Made by a program: the position numbers and the translations under genes. Source: Macrostomum lignano (taxonomy: Eukaryota). From it: a DNA stretch of 64,000 bases. Of the stretch, positions 23,546 through 37,418 are shown piece by piece. The stretch's first letter is position 1. Every line of letters starts with the position of its first letter. The DNA lies in the NCBI GenBank assembly GCA_002269645.1, contig NIVC01000177.1, positions 318,134-382,133 of the forward strand. The letters run 5' to 3'. The notes under the pieces are model-generated. The model saw nothing but the letters and a program-made list of their open reading frames with translations. It did not search any database and was not told the DNA's origin.

Positions 23546-23619
23546 AAACTCGTAGAACTATCTAATCGAATAAAGTCAGACGCTTTATTTCGAATACATA
23601 AAAATACCCAAAAGCTTAC

Positions 23620-23792
23620 TTTGCACTGCACAGACGACCGATCTAACAGCCGGCAGGTGATTTCCAACATTACGTGAACGTCGTTTGTATAAAATACGCC
23701 TATAGTTGATTCGTGACCAAACAGATCGATGAGCATCTGCAATACCGAGTCTCGGGCAGGGGGCGAATGACTCAGCAGAGCCGTTGGATCCT
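23620..23792 (-). CDS. NCKIPSD: NCKIPSD exon 7 (DUF2013 region)
   Basis: ttaaccag|AG GAT CCA ... AAA|gtaagc; EDPT...DSVLQMLIDLFGHESTIGVFYTNDVHVMLEI contains the FYTND motif. Confidence 0.88.
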
Positions 23793-23870
23793 CTGGTTAA
23801 AGAAAGATCGCGCTAGAAATATAGATCATCTACGGTAGTGAAATATTTCTGACAAAAAACCTATACCCAC

Positions 23871-24134
23871 CGGATCTGTTAAACACCATGAGCAAGTACT
23901 CTGTAAATGGCCTGGAAGCAGACTGGTTGGCCAGAAGAGCTCGAAACAGCGGCCTCTCGTGCGTTGGAAGTGCCGCAAACGATGATGTAGTTTCACAGTT
24001 TCCAGTCAGACTGTTGGCAGCGAGACAGAAGTCAGCGATGGGCTGGACCAGGGATTCGTCTGAGTCACCGAACTGACTGTCCTCGGAGGCCAGCAGGTTG
24101 AATAAGTTGGCGAACAGCTGCTCATTCAGGGCGT
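23871..24134 (-). CDS. NCKIPSD: NCKIPSD exon 6
   Basis: cggcag|AC GCC ... TCC G|gtgggt; open frame ending FTEYLLMVFNRS (cf. FSEKLLLLLNRGDDP). Not shown in the ORF track because it has no early start codon. Confidence 0.82.
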
Positions 24135-24274
24135 CTGCCGTGGATTGCGGAGTGGGCGAGTGAGTTGTTTAACAGTTTAAAAACTGCTTTAAATTGACAG
24201 TAGTACGGGTTAGGGTGTAGCTTTCAGGACACGTATATTTGCAACTGAAAGTTGTTGGTAGCGCAAGTAGGTCT

Positions 24275-24540
24275 AGAACCGGAAGTGGTAGGTTAGCCCA
24301 AGACTACAGTCTATCAATAGGACGTGAAGTGGTAGGTTGGCCTAAGACTGCAGTTTATGAATAGAACCGAGTGGTAGGTGAACCCATGATTGCAGTTTAG
24401 AACCGGAAGTGGTAGGTTAGCCCTTGACTGCAGTTTAGAACCGGAAGTGGTAGGTTAGCCCAACACTGCAGTTTAGAACCGGAAGTGGTAGGTTAGCCCA
24501 ACACTGCAGTTTAGAACCGGAAGTGGCAGGTTAGCTTAAC
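24275..24540 (+). repeat. 38-bp minisatellite in NCKIPSD intron 5
   Basis: AGAACCGGAAGTGGTAGGTTAGCCCAACACTGCAGTTT units. Confidence 0.9.
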
Positions 24541-24555
24541 GCAGTTTGCACTAAC

Positions 24556-24879
24556 CAGCCACAGACACGGGCGGCCGGATGCCGGCGCAGCACAGCATGG
24601 TTAGCAGCTGCAGCGACTCCGATGTCAGTTTCCGCTGCGCTCTGTCGGTAATCTTCGAACCGGAAGCTGACAACTCTCTGAGTAGATCGTTAGGCAGGTT
24701 GCTGTGACACAGCAGGGCGCCAACCGCCGGCCGAGATAGTCTAGCCATGTCCGACAGGCAGCGGACGAGCCACAACCGGACAGATAGCCGAGTTTCGGCC
24801 GAGTGCAGCTCGGCCAGACAGAGCGGCGCTGAGCAGCCGTCGAAACGAACGCGTCGCTTACCAACCAACGGGTCGGAGC
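24556..24879 (-). CDS. NCKIPSD: NCKIPSD exon 5
   Basis: gcgccag|GC TCC GAC ... GCT G|gttagt; ETRLSVRLWLVRCLSDM...SNLPNDLLREL resembles EHRASLRLLLLKCFGAM...SVLPVELARDM. Confidence 0.85.
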
Positions 24880-24994
24880 CTGGCGCATCAAATGCAAACC
24901 AATAAAAAAATGCGCCTAGCAACGGCATGGCAACTGGGGTGCTGTGTACTTTGAAATCTAAGTGTTTTAGGTATGTAAACACATTACCATTCTA

Positions 24995-25730
24995 TCTCAT
25001 ACCTATAAACATCCAATCTTAAACCCATGAACATCCGATCTCATACACGTGAACATCCAATCTCAAATCCATGAACATCCAATCTCAAATCCATGAACAC
25101 CCAATCTCAAATCGATGAACATCCAATCTCAAATCCATGAACATCCAATCTCATACACATGAACATCCAATCTCATACACATGAACATCCAATCTCATAC
25201 ACATGAACATCCGATCTCATACACGTGAACATCCAATCTCCAATCCATGAACATCCAATCTCATACACATGAACATCCGATCTCATACCCATGAACATCC
25301 GATCTCATACACGTGAACATCCAATCTCAAATCCATGAACATCTAATCTCAAATCGATGAACATCCAATCTCAAACCTATGAACATCCAATCTCAAATCC
25401 ATGAACATCCAATCTCAAATCCATGAACATCCAATCTCATACACATGAACATCCGATCTCAAACCCATGAACATCCAATCTCAAATCGATGAACATCCAA
25501 TCTCAAACACATGAACATCCTATCTCAAACACATGAACATCCAATCTCATACACATGAACATCCGATCTCAAACCCATGAACATCCAATCTCAAATCGAT
25601 GAACATCCAATCTCAAACACATGAACATCCTATCTCAAACACATGAACATCCAATCTCATACCTATAAACATCCAATCTCAAACACATGAACATCCAATC
25701 TCAAACCCATGAACAACCCATCTCAAATCT
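24995..25730 (+). repeat. 22-bp minisatellite in NCKIPSD intron 4
   Basis: CATGAACATCCAATCTCAAATC units. Confidence 0.96.
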
Positions 25731-25838
25731 CCTAGAAGTGCAGATTTCGAACCCTAAAACCAATAAAACTTGCTATAATCCTGCAAAACTTCAAACTTAG
25801 TCGAGTTTTCAAACACAACAAGAAGAGCCCAAACAAAC

Positions 25839-25968
25839 CTGTGAGCAGTTCATCAAGCTGCTGCAACTCCTCCACCACCTGCGACTCATTCTCGTGCAGT
25901 GACCAGCCGCCGCGTTCCTGCCAGTCGCTGCGCCGATGTTCGGCAGTTGACAGCAGGCGGTCCATGGC
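25839..25968 (-). CDS. NCKIPSD: NCKIPSD exon 4
   Basis: ttgacag|GCC ATG ... ACA G|gtttgt; RRSDWQERGGWSLHENE resembles RRKDDAQQRSWALYEDE. Confidence 0.85.
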
Positions 25969-26270
25969 CTGTCAATCAATTCGAACAGGAGAAAAAGTCG
26001 TCATCACACAAAAGCAGCGCTGACTCCTAAGCGCATGCTAAGAGTGCCAGACTGTACGCTGGCACGAATTCACACACGAGCTCACACGGGGTGTACAGCC
26101 ACCCTTCTGACTTTCTAATCGTCAGGCATGTACGCTCGTTGGCCCTCATGGCTGTGAATCGCTGTGAAACTTTAGGCCAATTATAGTAAACAACAGGTTA
26201 AACAGCTGACTCGGTGTACTTTTCAAAGGTTCTATTTGCACTTTCTCCTTAATAATAAACTAAAACTCGC

Positions 26271-26724
26271 CTGCCAATCGGGACTGTCAATCACTGCGTC
26301 GTCGGCATCTTCGCCTTCGTCGGCCTCCCTATCGACCGTCAACTGTCCCGACAGATTTTTTAGCGTAGCGGCCAGATCAGGTGACTGCTTGCTCAGCCGG
26401 TGCTCCATGAGCGCCAGCAGTTGCTGCACCGCTACGCGGCAGGACGTATGGGAGGCTCTGGTGCAGGAGCGAACCACGTCTACTAGATGACGAGACAGGC
26501 CGGCGGTTGCTTCTAGAAGAGCCGGATTGTTGCTAGCCTGTTGCTGCGGCTGCTTCTGCGGACTAGACTGTTTTGGTAATTTCGAACTAGAAGAAGAACT
26601 CTCCCCATTTAATTGATCTGGGACTTTCTTCTGCTGCTGCTGCTGCTGTTGATGTTGTTGCTTTTGCCGATCCCTCTCTGCCGGCAGGTCAGATAGAAGT
26701 GCATCGCGGTGTTTTATTAGCTTT
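26271..26724 (-). CDS. NCKIPSD: NCKIPSD exon 3 (ends at a GC donor)
   Basis: ttttgcag|A AAG CTA; poly-Gln tract; LVDVVRSCTRASHTSCRVAV resembles [20 protein letters not shown]; donor CAG|gcgagt. Confidence 0.8.
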
Positions 26725-26805
26725 CTGCAAAAGTACATAATTAGACAGTTCTTTGGAAACTATGAATAAAAAGACAAGTTAATTTTTCTTCTGAGTCAAG
26801 CTTAC

Positions 26806-26909
26806 TTCAAAGCACCTCGTTCTCCTTCTGAAGTTTTTGACTCTGGTAGCCTTTGCAGCTTGCCAATGCAGGAGTTCATTGTTTTGATCATGTAGTCAAA
26901 GTCTCGCTC
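26806..26909 (-). CDS. NCKIPSD: NCKIPSD exon 2
   Basis: ctcaaag|GAG CGA ... TTG AA|gtaagc; ERGALKKLIKHR across the junction resembles EQRGVLQKLIHHR. Confidence 0.8.
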
Positions 26910-28024
26910 CTTTGAGAATAAAGAAATGATTTTTAATTCTTTGCATTTATGTCAAGCTTATACTTGCAACAAGAATGATTCTGTGAGTAAGATTGATAAA
27001 TAAAAAGAGTAATTCTAAATCTTGTTATCATTACATAATACATACTTGTAAATGAATCAAATCTCAAAATCTTGAGTTTCTGGGAAAATAAAAAGAAAAA
27101 AGAAGGGAAAACAAAAAATTGGGATTCTAATCCTACTGTGATAGCTTGGACTGCGTGCGCACTGGGGCAGGGGCTGGGTTAAGTTGTTTTGGTGACTCTC
27201 TCTCTCTCTCTCTCTGCATGTACTTTGCTAGCGTGGGTTAGGGGGTTGCGGTGAGTCAATCAATTGATAATAAATAGTTTCAATATAAGGCAGGTTTTTA
27301 GCCTATAATGTTTTTTGTGCTTTTGAGCCAAAATAAAGATCTATTTTGACTTTATTTCACCTACCAATCCTAAATATTTTCATCTGACTAACCTCAATTT
27401 AAGCCTATGATATATTAGATAGAGATTCCAATCCCATTTTGAAACCAAAAAACTTGCCCATTCTGGAAAATCCCACTTAGCCTCTTATATATATATATAG
27501 CCTATATAGTAAAAGCTAGTCTAAATAAACCATGCTAGTCTAATTTTTGTTGGTGTGAGGGACACTAGCCTAGGTGATTAGAGGCCTATCTAATAGACTG
27601 ATAGACCTCTGGCTCTTAGACTTAAAAATAATTCTTTTTAATTAGCTTATTATGGTATAGCTTCATTCTGTTGAAATTCTATAATATTCTGATTCTAACC
27701 ATGCTAATTTTTTACAGATAATCTAGTAATATAATCTATTTTGTTATTTTCTATAAAGAAACTGTCTTTTAATGCTTTTTAAACACTAATTGTTGTCATA
27801 ACTTAAATATTCAAGCATTAATTTCATTGAAATCAATATTTTGGGAGCTATTAAAAATATTTTGGTGTTAACATATGATTTTAAGATTATAAGATTATAA
27901 TACATTAAAGACAGGCCTTGTATACCTGTAATATTCTAGCTAAATAATTAGGATGATTGAAAAAAGGACAAACTGATTTTTTTACATAAAAAATACCAAT
28001 AAAGCTCTTGCTTAATACTCTTAC

Positions 28025-28213
28025 CTTTAGTTCCGTCACATACTTCTGGGGAATGAAACCCCATTTGTCATTTAAACAGCCAAAGAACCAGTTCTCATCA
28101 ACTGGTTGAATGACAATGAGAACATCATTTTGGTTAAAGTTCAGCGAATTTTTTTCTGATCCTTGAAAATTATATACTGCTCGAAACATTTTGCAAGACG
28201 AAGAAGATGGCAT
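28025..28213 (-). CDS. NCKIPSD: NCKIPSD exon 1 (N-terminal SH3 domain)
   Basis: MFRAVYNF...LNFNQNDVLIV...NWFFG...WGFIPQKYV is an SH3 signature; donor AAG|gtaaga. Start could be either of two ATGs. Confidence 0.87.
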
Positions 28214-29944
28214 TTTTAGGCATAAGCTATTTTAGTTATGTTTGTCTAATTATGGCTTTATGTAACTTCTAGTAGCGAAGTAGCGCTTATTTGTTAGTTA
28301 GTAGCACTAGCACGGACTTAGATTTGATTTTAGTTACAGCAGCGAAAGAATACCTCAATAAAACGACTTGTGTATTTAAAAGTAGAAAAATCCCCTATAA
28401 AGTTACTTTTTTCAGACTTGCAGGAAAGATTTATTTATACCAAGGACAGGACAACAAATTTCTTTTGAAAGTCTAAAAAAACTTTGCTTTCAGTGTGGTT
28501 TCTATGAAAAATGATTTTTTAAAAACGTACCGTAATGTTCCGTGTCTCGCGTCTCCGTGTCTCGTGTAGTGTCTCATTTACTGAACTGAAATAACTGTCG
28601 TATAGCTTTTGCATATACATTTTCCTAACTTCATAAGTTCTGAATTTGATGACTGCAAAATGTTTTGCAGTTCTTACTAATTCATCAGGCATATTTCATC
28701 AAAATATGTAGCGCTGACAAAGTTGTATATCTTTGCTAAAAAAGCAAAAAAGACTCCAATGTCCAATGATTTGATTTATTCTGGTTTAAGTTTGCCCTTT
28801 GCTGTACAGAAATAATCGACTTCGATATATTTAATACACACAAGCAGCTATACAAGAAAGTTTGCGACATTGTCTTCTCGGCGCATTTTTGTTTTATTAC
28901 TAAGAGTAATATAAAAAGATTTGTTTAAACCACGTACAGCAGTTTTACTATCGTGAGTATAAGTAAGTCACAGAATGTTATTAGTTAATGCATGAAAATA
29001 TTATAAACAACAAAAAATTGCCTCTCTAATAGATTTTGAATCGAAATCAAATTATTAAAATAAAGATATCCGAAATATCAGCTCGCGAATATATATGTAA
29101 GTCTGCATAATCTTTGTGCATGTTCTTGCGCGTGCTTTTAATTTAGCAGTTAAATAACCGCATTTTGCACTTGAAATCCTATACTTGCCGTTTATAGATT
29201 TTCGATTGTCGATTTTCCAAGCGTTTCTATACTTTTGGCTACTGGCATATGGCCTCGATCTTAAAGAATCGAGTGCATGCATCAGAATTATGGTATTTAT
29301 GCACATTATATATACTACACGTTACCCCAACTTATATAGCTCCGATCAGCAAAACAGAAGCATAATTTTAAGCTCTTACAGCTGTATGCCGCGCAATTTT
29401 TTAGTTCTATACCGGTGCTCTAGTACTCGTACTTTATTCTCGACTCTCGTTGCTGCCTGCAGATGGAAAATTGATCCTAATTATTCGATCGTTTATTATT
29501 CATGGATTTTAACATAGTATACTGCAAAATGCAAATTGCCGTCGCACTGCATGCGCCTAAACTATATACTATACGCTCACACAACAGTTTCTGACGTTCA
29601 AAACAGTCAGAAAGCGCAAGCATATTAAGAACCGACTCATGCTATGCACGACTCCACAGAGCATGGATATAGGACTTTTGAGACCGCGGCGGGCTTTTGT
29701 AACTGTATACTCGATCTTCTCCCTCAGCTGGGCGTGCAAGTTAATTTGAATGTTTTGCATTTAACCCGTCGACCCCACTATACAGATATCAGACGTAGCA
29801 TAAAACAAACATACCGCATATATACATACATATAAGATGCATGCGCTTTGTAAATTACAAGTAAACTATATAAGGGTTTGTCTATTGGTGCAGTTAGGTG
29901 TATTTTATAGCAAGCTTGTAATTGATTTTCTACATTAAGTTTTA

Positions 29945-31090
29945 TGGGTTAGTGCAGTTTGATGGATTAATGCAATTTGAAGAATCAGTGGTGCGGTCTT
30001 GGTGGATTAGTGCAGTCTTGGTTAATTTGTTCATTCTTGGTGGATTAGTGCAGTCTTGGTTAATTAATTAAGTCTTGGTGGATTAGTGCAGTCTGTGGAG
30101 TATTGCAGTCTGTGGAGTATTGCAGTCTGTGGAGTATTGCAGTCTGTGGAGTATTGCAGTCTGTGGAGTATTGCAGTCTGTGGAGTATTGCAGTCTGTGG
30201 AGTATTGCAGTCTGTGGAGTATTGCAGTCTGTGGAGTATTGCAGTCTGTGGAGTATTGCAGTCTGTGGAGTATTGCAGTCTGTGGAGTATTGCAGTCTGT
30301 GGAGTATTGCAGTCTGTGGAGTATTGCAGTCTGTGGAGTATTGCAGTCTGTGGAGTATTGCAGTCTGTGGATTACTGCAGTTTTTGTGAATTAGTGCAGT
30401 CTGTGGATTACTGCAGTCTGTGGATTACTACAGTCTGTGGATTACTGCAGTCTGTGAATTACTACAGTCTGTGGATTACTGCAGTCTGTGGATTACTGCA
30501 GTTTTTGTGAATTACTGCAGTCTGTGGATTACTGCAGTCTGTGGATTACTGCAGTCTGTGGATTACTGCAGTCTGTGGATTACTTCAGTCTGTGGATTAC
30601 TGCAGTGTGTGGATTACTGCAGTCTGTGGATTACTGCAGTCTGTTGATTACTGCAGTCTGTGGATTACTACAGTCTGTGGATTACTACAGTCTGTGGATT
30701 ACTACAGTCTGTGGATTACTGCAGTGTGTGGATTACTGCAGTCTGTGGATTACTACAGTCTGTGGATTACTACAGTCTGTGGATTACTGCAGTCTGTGGA
30801 TTACTGCAGTCTGTGGATTACTGCAGTCTGTGGATTACTGCAGTCTGTGGATTACTACAGTCTGTGGATTACTGCAGTCTGTGGATTACTGCAGTCAGTG
30901 GATTACTGCAGTCTGTGGATTACTACAGTCTGTGGATTACTGCAGTGTGTGGATTACTGCAGTCTGTGGATTACTGCAGTCAGTGGATTACTACAGTCTG
31001 TGGATTACTACAGTCTGTGGATTACTGCAGTCTGTGGATTATTGCAGTGTGTGGATTACTGCAGTCTGTGGAGTACTGCAGTCTGTGCAT
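29945..31090 (+). repeat. 17-bp minisatellite with variant sub-blocks
   Basis: A GCAGTCTGTGGAGTATT block, then a GCAGTCTGTGGATTACT block. Confidence 0.97.
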
Positions 31091-31629
31091 TTTTTAGCGC
31101 AGTTGGTAGATTGGTAGCTAAGCTGATTCATTAAAATTTATGTTCGGACAAAACAATTTTGCAATGCCAGACTTAGCAGAGAAAAATTCAATATGGCTGC
31201 AAAAATGGATTTAATGTTGCTTGCTAAACTATTAGGCGACAATATAGTGACCCCCCAGGACTGCTGGGCTAACTGTCACTTCATGTCACTTCTCATTCCA
31301 TATGCAGCTTGTGAATTCAAGCATAATAGAGAGCTACGCCTACGGTGCAAGCCCTGTAACTCCACTCTCGTGCCCTCTATCTGTACTTGCTTGTCTGTCT
31401 CCATAGTCTAGCCAATGTGACCTCAAAAAAAGTCATGCCTACAAATTTTATAGAACCGAACTTTCAGCAACCCAAATTTGAATTGCCATGTCTTTAGCAC
31501 AACTCAATGCAACTTCAACTGCATGATATTGTTGGCTCGTGACCAGGTATTAACTACCTTAACTTGAGGCGTGACAATAATACGCTTAGTGTATGCTCGC
31601 TGCTAATAATGATGGACCCAATAATGTAG

Positions 31630-32625
31630 CATAGGCGCCACTCTTCAGCGGCTTTGGTGCCAAAGTTGCAGTAGCTTTGGCGCTCTTTTTAAGTGGCTTT
31701 GGCGCTACTTTTATAGTGGCTTTGGCGCCACTTTTGTTTGCAGCTTTGGCGCCACTTTTGTAGTAGCTTCGGCGCCACTTTTGTTTGCAGCTTTGGCGCC
31801 ACTTTTGTAGTGGCTTTGGCGCCACTTTTGTTTGCAGCTTTGGCGCCACTTTTGTTTGCAACTTTGGCGCCACTTTTGTTTGCAGCTTTGGTGCCACTTT
31901 TGTAGTGGCTTCGGAGCCACTTTTGTTTGCAGCTTTGGCGCCACTTTTGTAGTGGCTTTGGCGCCACTTTTGTTTGCAACTTTGGCGCCACTTTTGTTTG
32001 CAGCTTTGGTGCCACTTTTGTAGTGGCTTCGGCGCCACTTTTGTTTGCAGCTTTGGCGCCACTTTTGTAGTGGCTTTGGCGCCACTTTTGTTTGCAGCTT
32101 TGGCGCCACTTTTGTAGTAGCTTCGGCGCCACTTTTGTTTGCAGCTTTGGTGCCACTTTTGTAGTGGCTTTGGCGCCACTTTTGTTTGCAGCTTTGGCGC
32201 CACTTTTGTAGTAGCTTCGGCGCCACTTTTGTTTGCAGCTTTGGTGCCACTTTTGTAGTGGCTTCGGAGCCACTTTTGTTTGCAGCTTTGGCGCCACTTT
32301 TGTAGTGGCTTTGGCGCCACTTTTGTTTGCAGCTTTGGCGCCACTTTTGTTTGCAGCTTTGGTGCCACTTTTGTAGTGGCTTCGGCGCCACTTTTGTTTG
32401 CAGCTTTGGCGCCACTTTTGTAGTGGCTTCGGCGCCACTTTTGTAGTGGCTTTGGCGCCACTTTTGTTTGTAGCTTTGACGCCCCTTTATGCAGTAGCTT
32501 TGACGCCACTTTTGTAATAGCCTTGCATGGCGCCACTTTCTTAGTATAGATTTGGCACCACTTTTGTCCCAGCTTTGGCGCCATTTTCTCAGTGACTTAA
32601 GCGCTGTTTTTTAGTAGTTTTGGCG
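31630..32625 (+). repeat. 23/24-bp GGCGCC-core minisatellite
   Basis: TTTGGCGCCACTTTTGTTTGCAGC alternating with TTTGGCGCCACTTTTGTAGTGGC. Confidence 0.96.
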
Positions 32626-33004
32626 CCCCCTTTTACGGGAACCCCAACTCCACAAGAAAAGCTAACTATTATTACCTTAGCTTGGTGGACTCCGATCCCA
32701 TGCATGCTGCCTCGTTAAATATGTACGTACATTGCCTTTGGCCTTATCGCGGCATGTTAAAGGAAAGTCGAGGCAGGGTCAGGCACAAAGTCCAGAGACT
32801 CAGAATGTCAGCAACGAGCTGCATGCACACCCAAAAGCACTATTACGAGCTATATCAAGAGTCTCCAGATCGTAGATAGTAGAGACTCAGAGACAAGGAC
32901 ACCTGCTGAATGAACAATGGAACGCAATTTAGAATTTTAGATAACGGAGGCAATGCAGGCAATTCAGGTCTGAGCCATGCCAAGCGTGAGTAGAGTGGAG
33001 GGGC

Positions 33005-33628
33005 TTTAGCACAACTTTAGCACCAGAGACTTTAGCACCAGGGGCGCCAGCACCAGGGGCGCCAGCACCAGGGGCGCCAGCACCAGGGGCGCCAGCACCA
33101 GGGGCGCCAGCACCAGGGGCGCCAGCACCAGGGGCGCCAGCACCAGGGGCGCCAGCACCAGGGGCGCCAGCACCAGGGGCGCCAGCACCAGGGGCTAGGG
33201 GCTAAAGGCACAACTTTAGCATCAGGGGGCCCCTGATTTAGCTTTAACACCAGGGGCTTTAGCACCAGGGGCTTTAGCACCAGGGGCTTTAGCACCAGGG
33301 GCTTTAGCACCAGGGGCTTTAGCACCAGGGGCTTTAGCACCAGGGGCTTTAGCACCAGGGGCTTTAGCACCAGGGGCTTTAGCACCAGGGGCTTTAGCAC
33401 CAGGGGCTTTAGCACCAGGGGCGCCAGCACCAGGGGCGCCAGCACCAGGGGCTTTAGCACCAGGGGCTTTAGCACCAGGGGCGCCAGCACCAGGGGCGCC
33501 AGCACCAGGGGCGCCAGCACCAGGGGCACCAGCACCAGGGGCGCCAGCACCAGGGGCGCCAGCACCAGGGGCGCCAGCACCAGGGGCGCCAGCACCAGGG
33601 GCGCCAGCACAGGGGCGCCAGCACCAGG
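33005..33628 (+). repeat. 15-bp GC-rich minisatellite
   Basis: GCCAGCACCAGGGGC and TTTAGCACCAGGGGC blocks. Confidence 0.97.
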
Positions 33629-33949
33629 GCTGTAGTCGGAGTTCAATGGGGTCAGGCTAACTCTGACCATCTTAAAATTCACTTCATTTTATTTCAGTTG
33701 TTGGACGTTATTATTAATTAGCCCGATCAATAACCAAGGACAATTTAAGTAGACGGACGCAACACTCGAAATCTATGGTAAATGTTTTTTTTCATTTTTG
33801 TCTTTATTGTCATTATTTTAAACGTTTTTTCAAGTGACAGACCAATTTAACATGAAAAATCGATTAATGCGCCGTTAGAGCAGCATGTGAGGCACAAAAT
33901 AGTGTGATTAGGACTTTCTCTGACACTGTTATAAGACTCAATCACTGTT

Positions 33950-34200
33950 TTAGTGTTGAAAATCGTGAAATTTCCTATCTCCATTCTCCATAGTGTATTT
34001 TTCCAGTGAAACCTGCCTTTAAAACTATTTCTGAACGAAAAGCTTTATGAATATCGATAGAGCAATAAGAAAGGCACAACATATCAAAAGATGAACACTG
34101 GATCTGCCTCCTATCAAAAGCAATAACAATTTTTGTGCTAAAAAAATGAAAACCTCCTATCCCTGCAGTGTATTTTTCGGCGAAAAGTTGCCTTTAAAAC
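33950..34200 (+). mobile_element. Partial second copy of the foldback element's right arm, with a duplicated subterminal block
   Basis: CTGAACGAAAAGCTTTATGAATATCGAT..AACACTGGATCTGCCTCCTATCAAAAGCAA is shared with 5750-5900. Confidence 0.8.
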
Positions 34201-36555
34201 ATTTACCACAGATTTCGCACTGACGCATCTATTTTATTAACCGCCTTAGTGCATACCAAAAAATATTTGGCTACGGTACTAATACAATAATTAACCTAAT
34301 TAATTGGCAAAGTGCAGCCGGAATCCGGATGCTGCACCCTTACTCCACGCCAAGCTTCCAATTAGTTTCTCAACCGGAAAAGAGATAAAGACTATAAATA
34401 CTGTTTAAGTAATGTAATGTTGACGCTCGAATATGCCGTTCCGCTCCCACCAGTCAGCCACTCACTGCACATGCACTCGCTCACCTTCCTTATTTACAGA
34501 CTTATAAACCCCATAACTTCTCCCACCCGCACTATAAAATAAAACACTGGTCCGGGGCTGTCCCTTCCTTTAATAGGAAGTAGGAACCTGATGTACGCCT
34601 CCACCGCCCACGCATTTTCTGTTCCAACGGACAAAGAACCTTTCAACCCCACATGTTTATGTCTGGTCTTTGTTGACTTTTTTCTAGTGACATTTGGGTG
34701 GCTTTAAATACGGTTAGAATATAATTTAAAAGAAAGCATGAGGAATAACTTATATCGACAGATGACATCATTTTGACAACTTAATTAAGACAGACGGTCG
34801 CCCCTCGACTGCTGTCTGCAGACCAGCAGACGCTTTTTTAGACTGAAAAAAGCATAAATTAATAAATTAACGAAAAACAGCTGAGCAAAACAGTAAGTTC
34901 AGCTTCTAAGATCACGGGATCCTTTTTATACAAAAGAAGGAAAGAAAGGTAAGGGAAACATTTGGATTTTCCAAGCGGAGTAAAAATACTCGTGTCTCGT
35001 CTCGTCTCGGCTCTCGACTCGAGCCGAACGAACGAAAGCTGCTTTATATGGGTTGTGTAAACGTGTGTAAGTGCAAAAATAGGGCAAGTCAACAGCAAAA
35101 TTTATTTATGTGCTTGCCTTGCCCTTCCTCCGCTCAGCGCTCGTCCCGTCCCACCCCAGCCCCCGGTCCCGACAGCGGCAAAGTTGAAAAATTTTAGACA
35201 TTTCCATTTTCCTCTATCTACCTTCCCCCCTCTCAACAGGACCGGCCGAGGCCAATGAAATTGCTCATTACTGTTTTTTGAGTATTCTCGCTTTAATGCC
35301 CTCCCTTCGTATCGTACAGCCACCCACCCCAACCCACTGTCTGGGTCGCGCCAAACCCTTTTGCCCTTCTAGAGTTCCAGCTATTTTACAGTCAAGCCCA
35401 GCCTTTTATTACTTATCTCCAGTCGTGTGCCAGACCAACCCCCTTCCCCCGCTGCCCCACCTCCCCAGACCAGACCGTCCCCGACGGGCATAAACGGACC
35501 GCGCCTAACCGCCAACCCCCCCAAAGCGAGAAACCCCCAATCCTGAGCTAGCCAGACAGACGGGAGGGGGGCTGGCCTCTCACCCCTCCCCTAACCCCTA
35601 CTGGGCTGCGACTGCGAGTAAAATGACCTACACAGCTGGACTTAGACTTGAATGTGTGAGAGCGCGGTAACAGACACGTTCCCTTTTCCTGGGTGACTGG
35701 ACCTGCGTTAGACGGAATTTGTTTACTGTCCGACTGTCTACTTCTCTTCTACGCAATCAAGTTGGTAAGACTAATAGAAATTGGGCCTTAACTTTGTGCT
35801 GCATCCACAAAAATGTTGAATTCACTCACTTCTCATCTCAGTTTTCTCTCTTTCGTCTCGGCCTTGTCTACATATTAAACTCCACCCAGTCTAAACAATT
35901 TTCAACTTGCTTAAAGTGCACAGTGCACACCACCGCTCTCGCTCTCGCTGCTCCGCAAGCCTCATGCCGTGTCGTCTCACATGCGCTGACACTGACAAAA
36001 GCAACGGTAATATGGTAAGTTAAATAATAGTAGTTGTTATTAAAATCTTGAAATTTTGTTTGCCACACAATTTGAACTGCCATTTTTCCTCACTTGAGTC
36101 TCAACTCTCAATCTCAATAAATATCTCATCGACTCAACAAACGCTGTCAGATGGCGCAAATCCCTGAGACGTTAACCTTGCCTAAGCCATCGATTACTTT
36201 GAAGCCTTAATTAGTTAGTAACTATTAAGCCTTATTTTATTCAAAATCGATCAGGCAAGTTACCGTCCCAAGGGATGTGGCCTCTGCATTTTCAACTAGA
36301 CCCATTTCTTTTGTTTTGTGCTTTAAATTTTGTTGTAATTTAACTTCTATTGTATTGCTATCTGTTAACATTGATAATAATTAATTTTAATGACTATAAA
36401 TTGATATTGGCTCGTCTGTCTCCGCTCTCGCCCTCTTCCTGCTCTCAGTCTCCCAATTGTCCTATTTACTCATCCTTTCTTTTCTCCCTCCTCTGCCTTC
36501 TTGTCTTGCTTTTAATTTTAATCTCTCCTTGCTGTTCTTCATAGTCCTACCTCTC

Positions 36556-37418
<863 letters not shown>

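Noticed and set aside
30086-33682. Cys-rich, histone-H1-like (KSGAKAANK) and LAPLV ORFs
   Set aside because: Products of 17-, 23/24- and 15-bp repeats; no unique sequence, splice context or codon-level signal.
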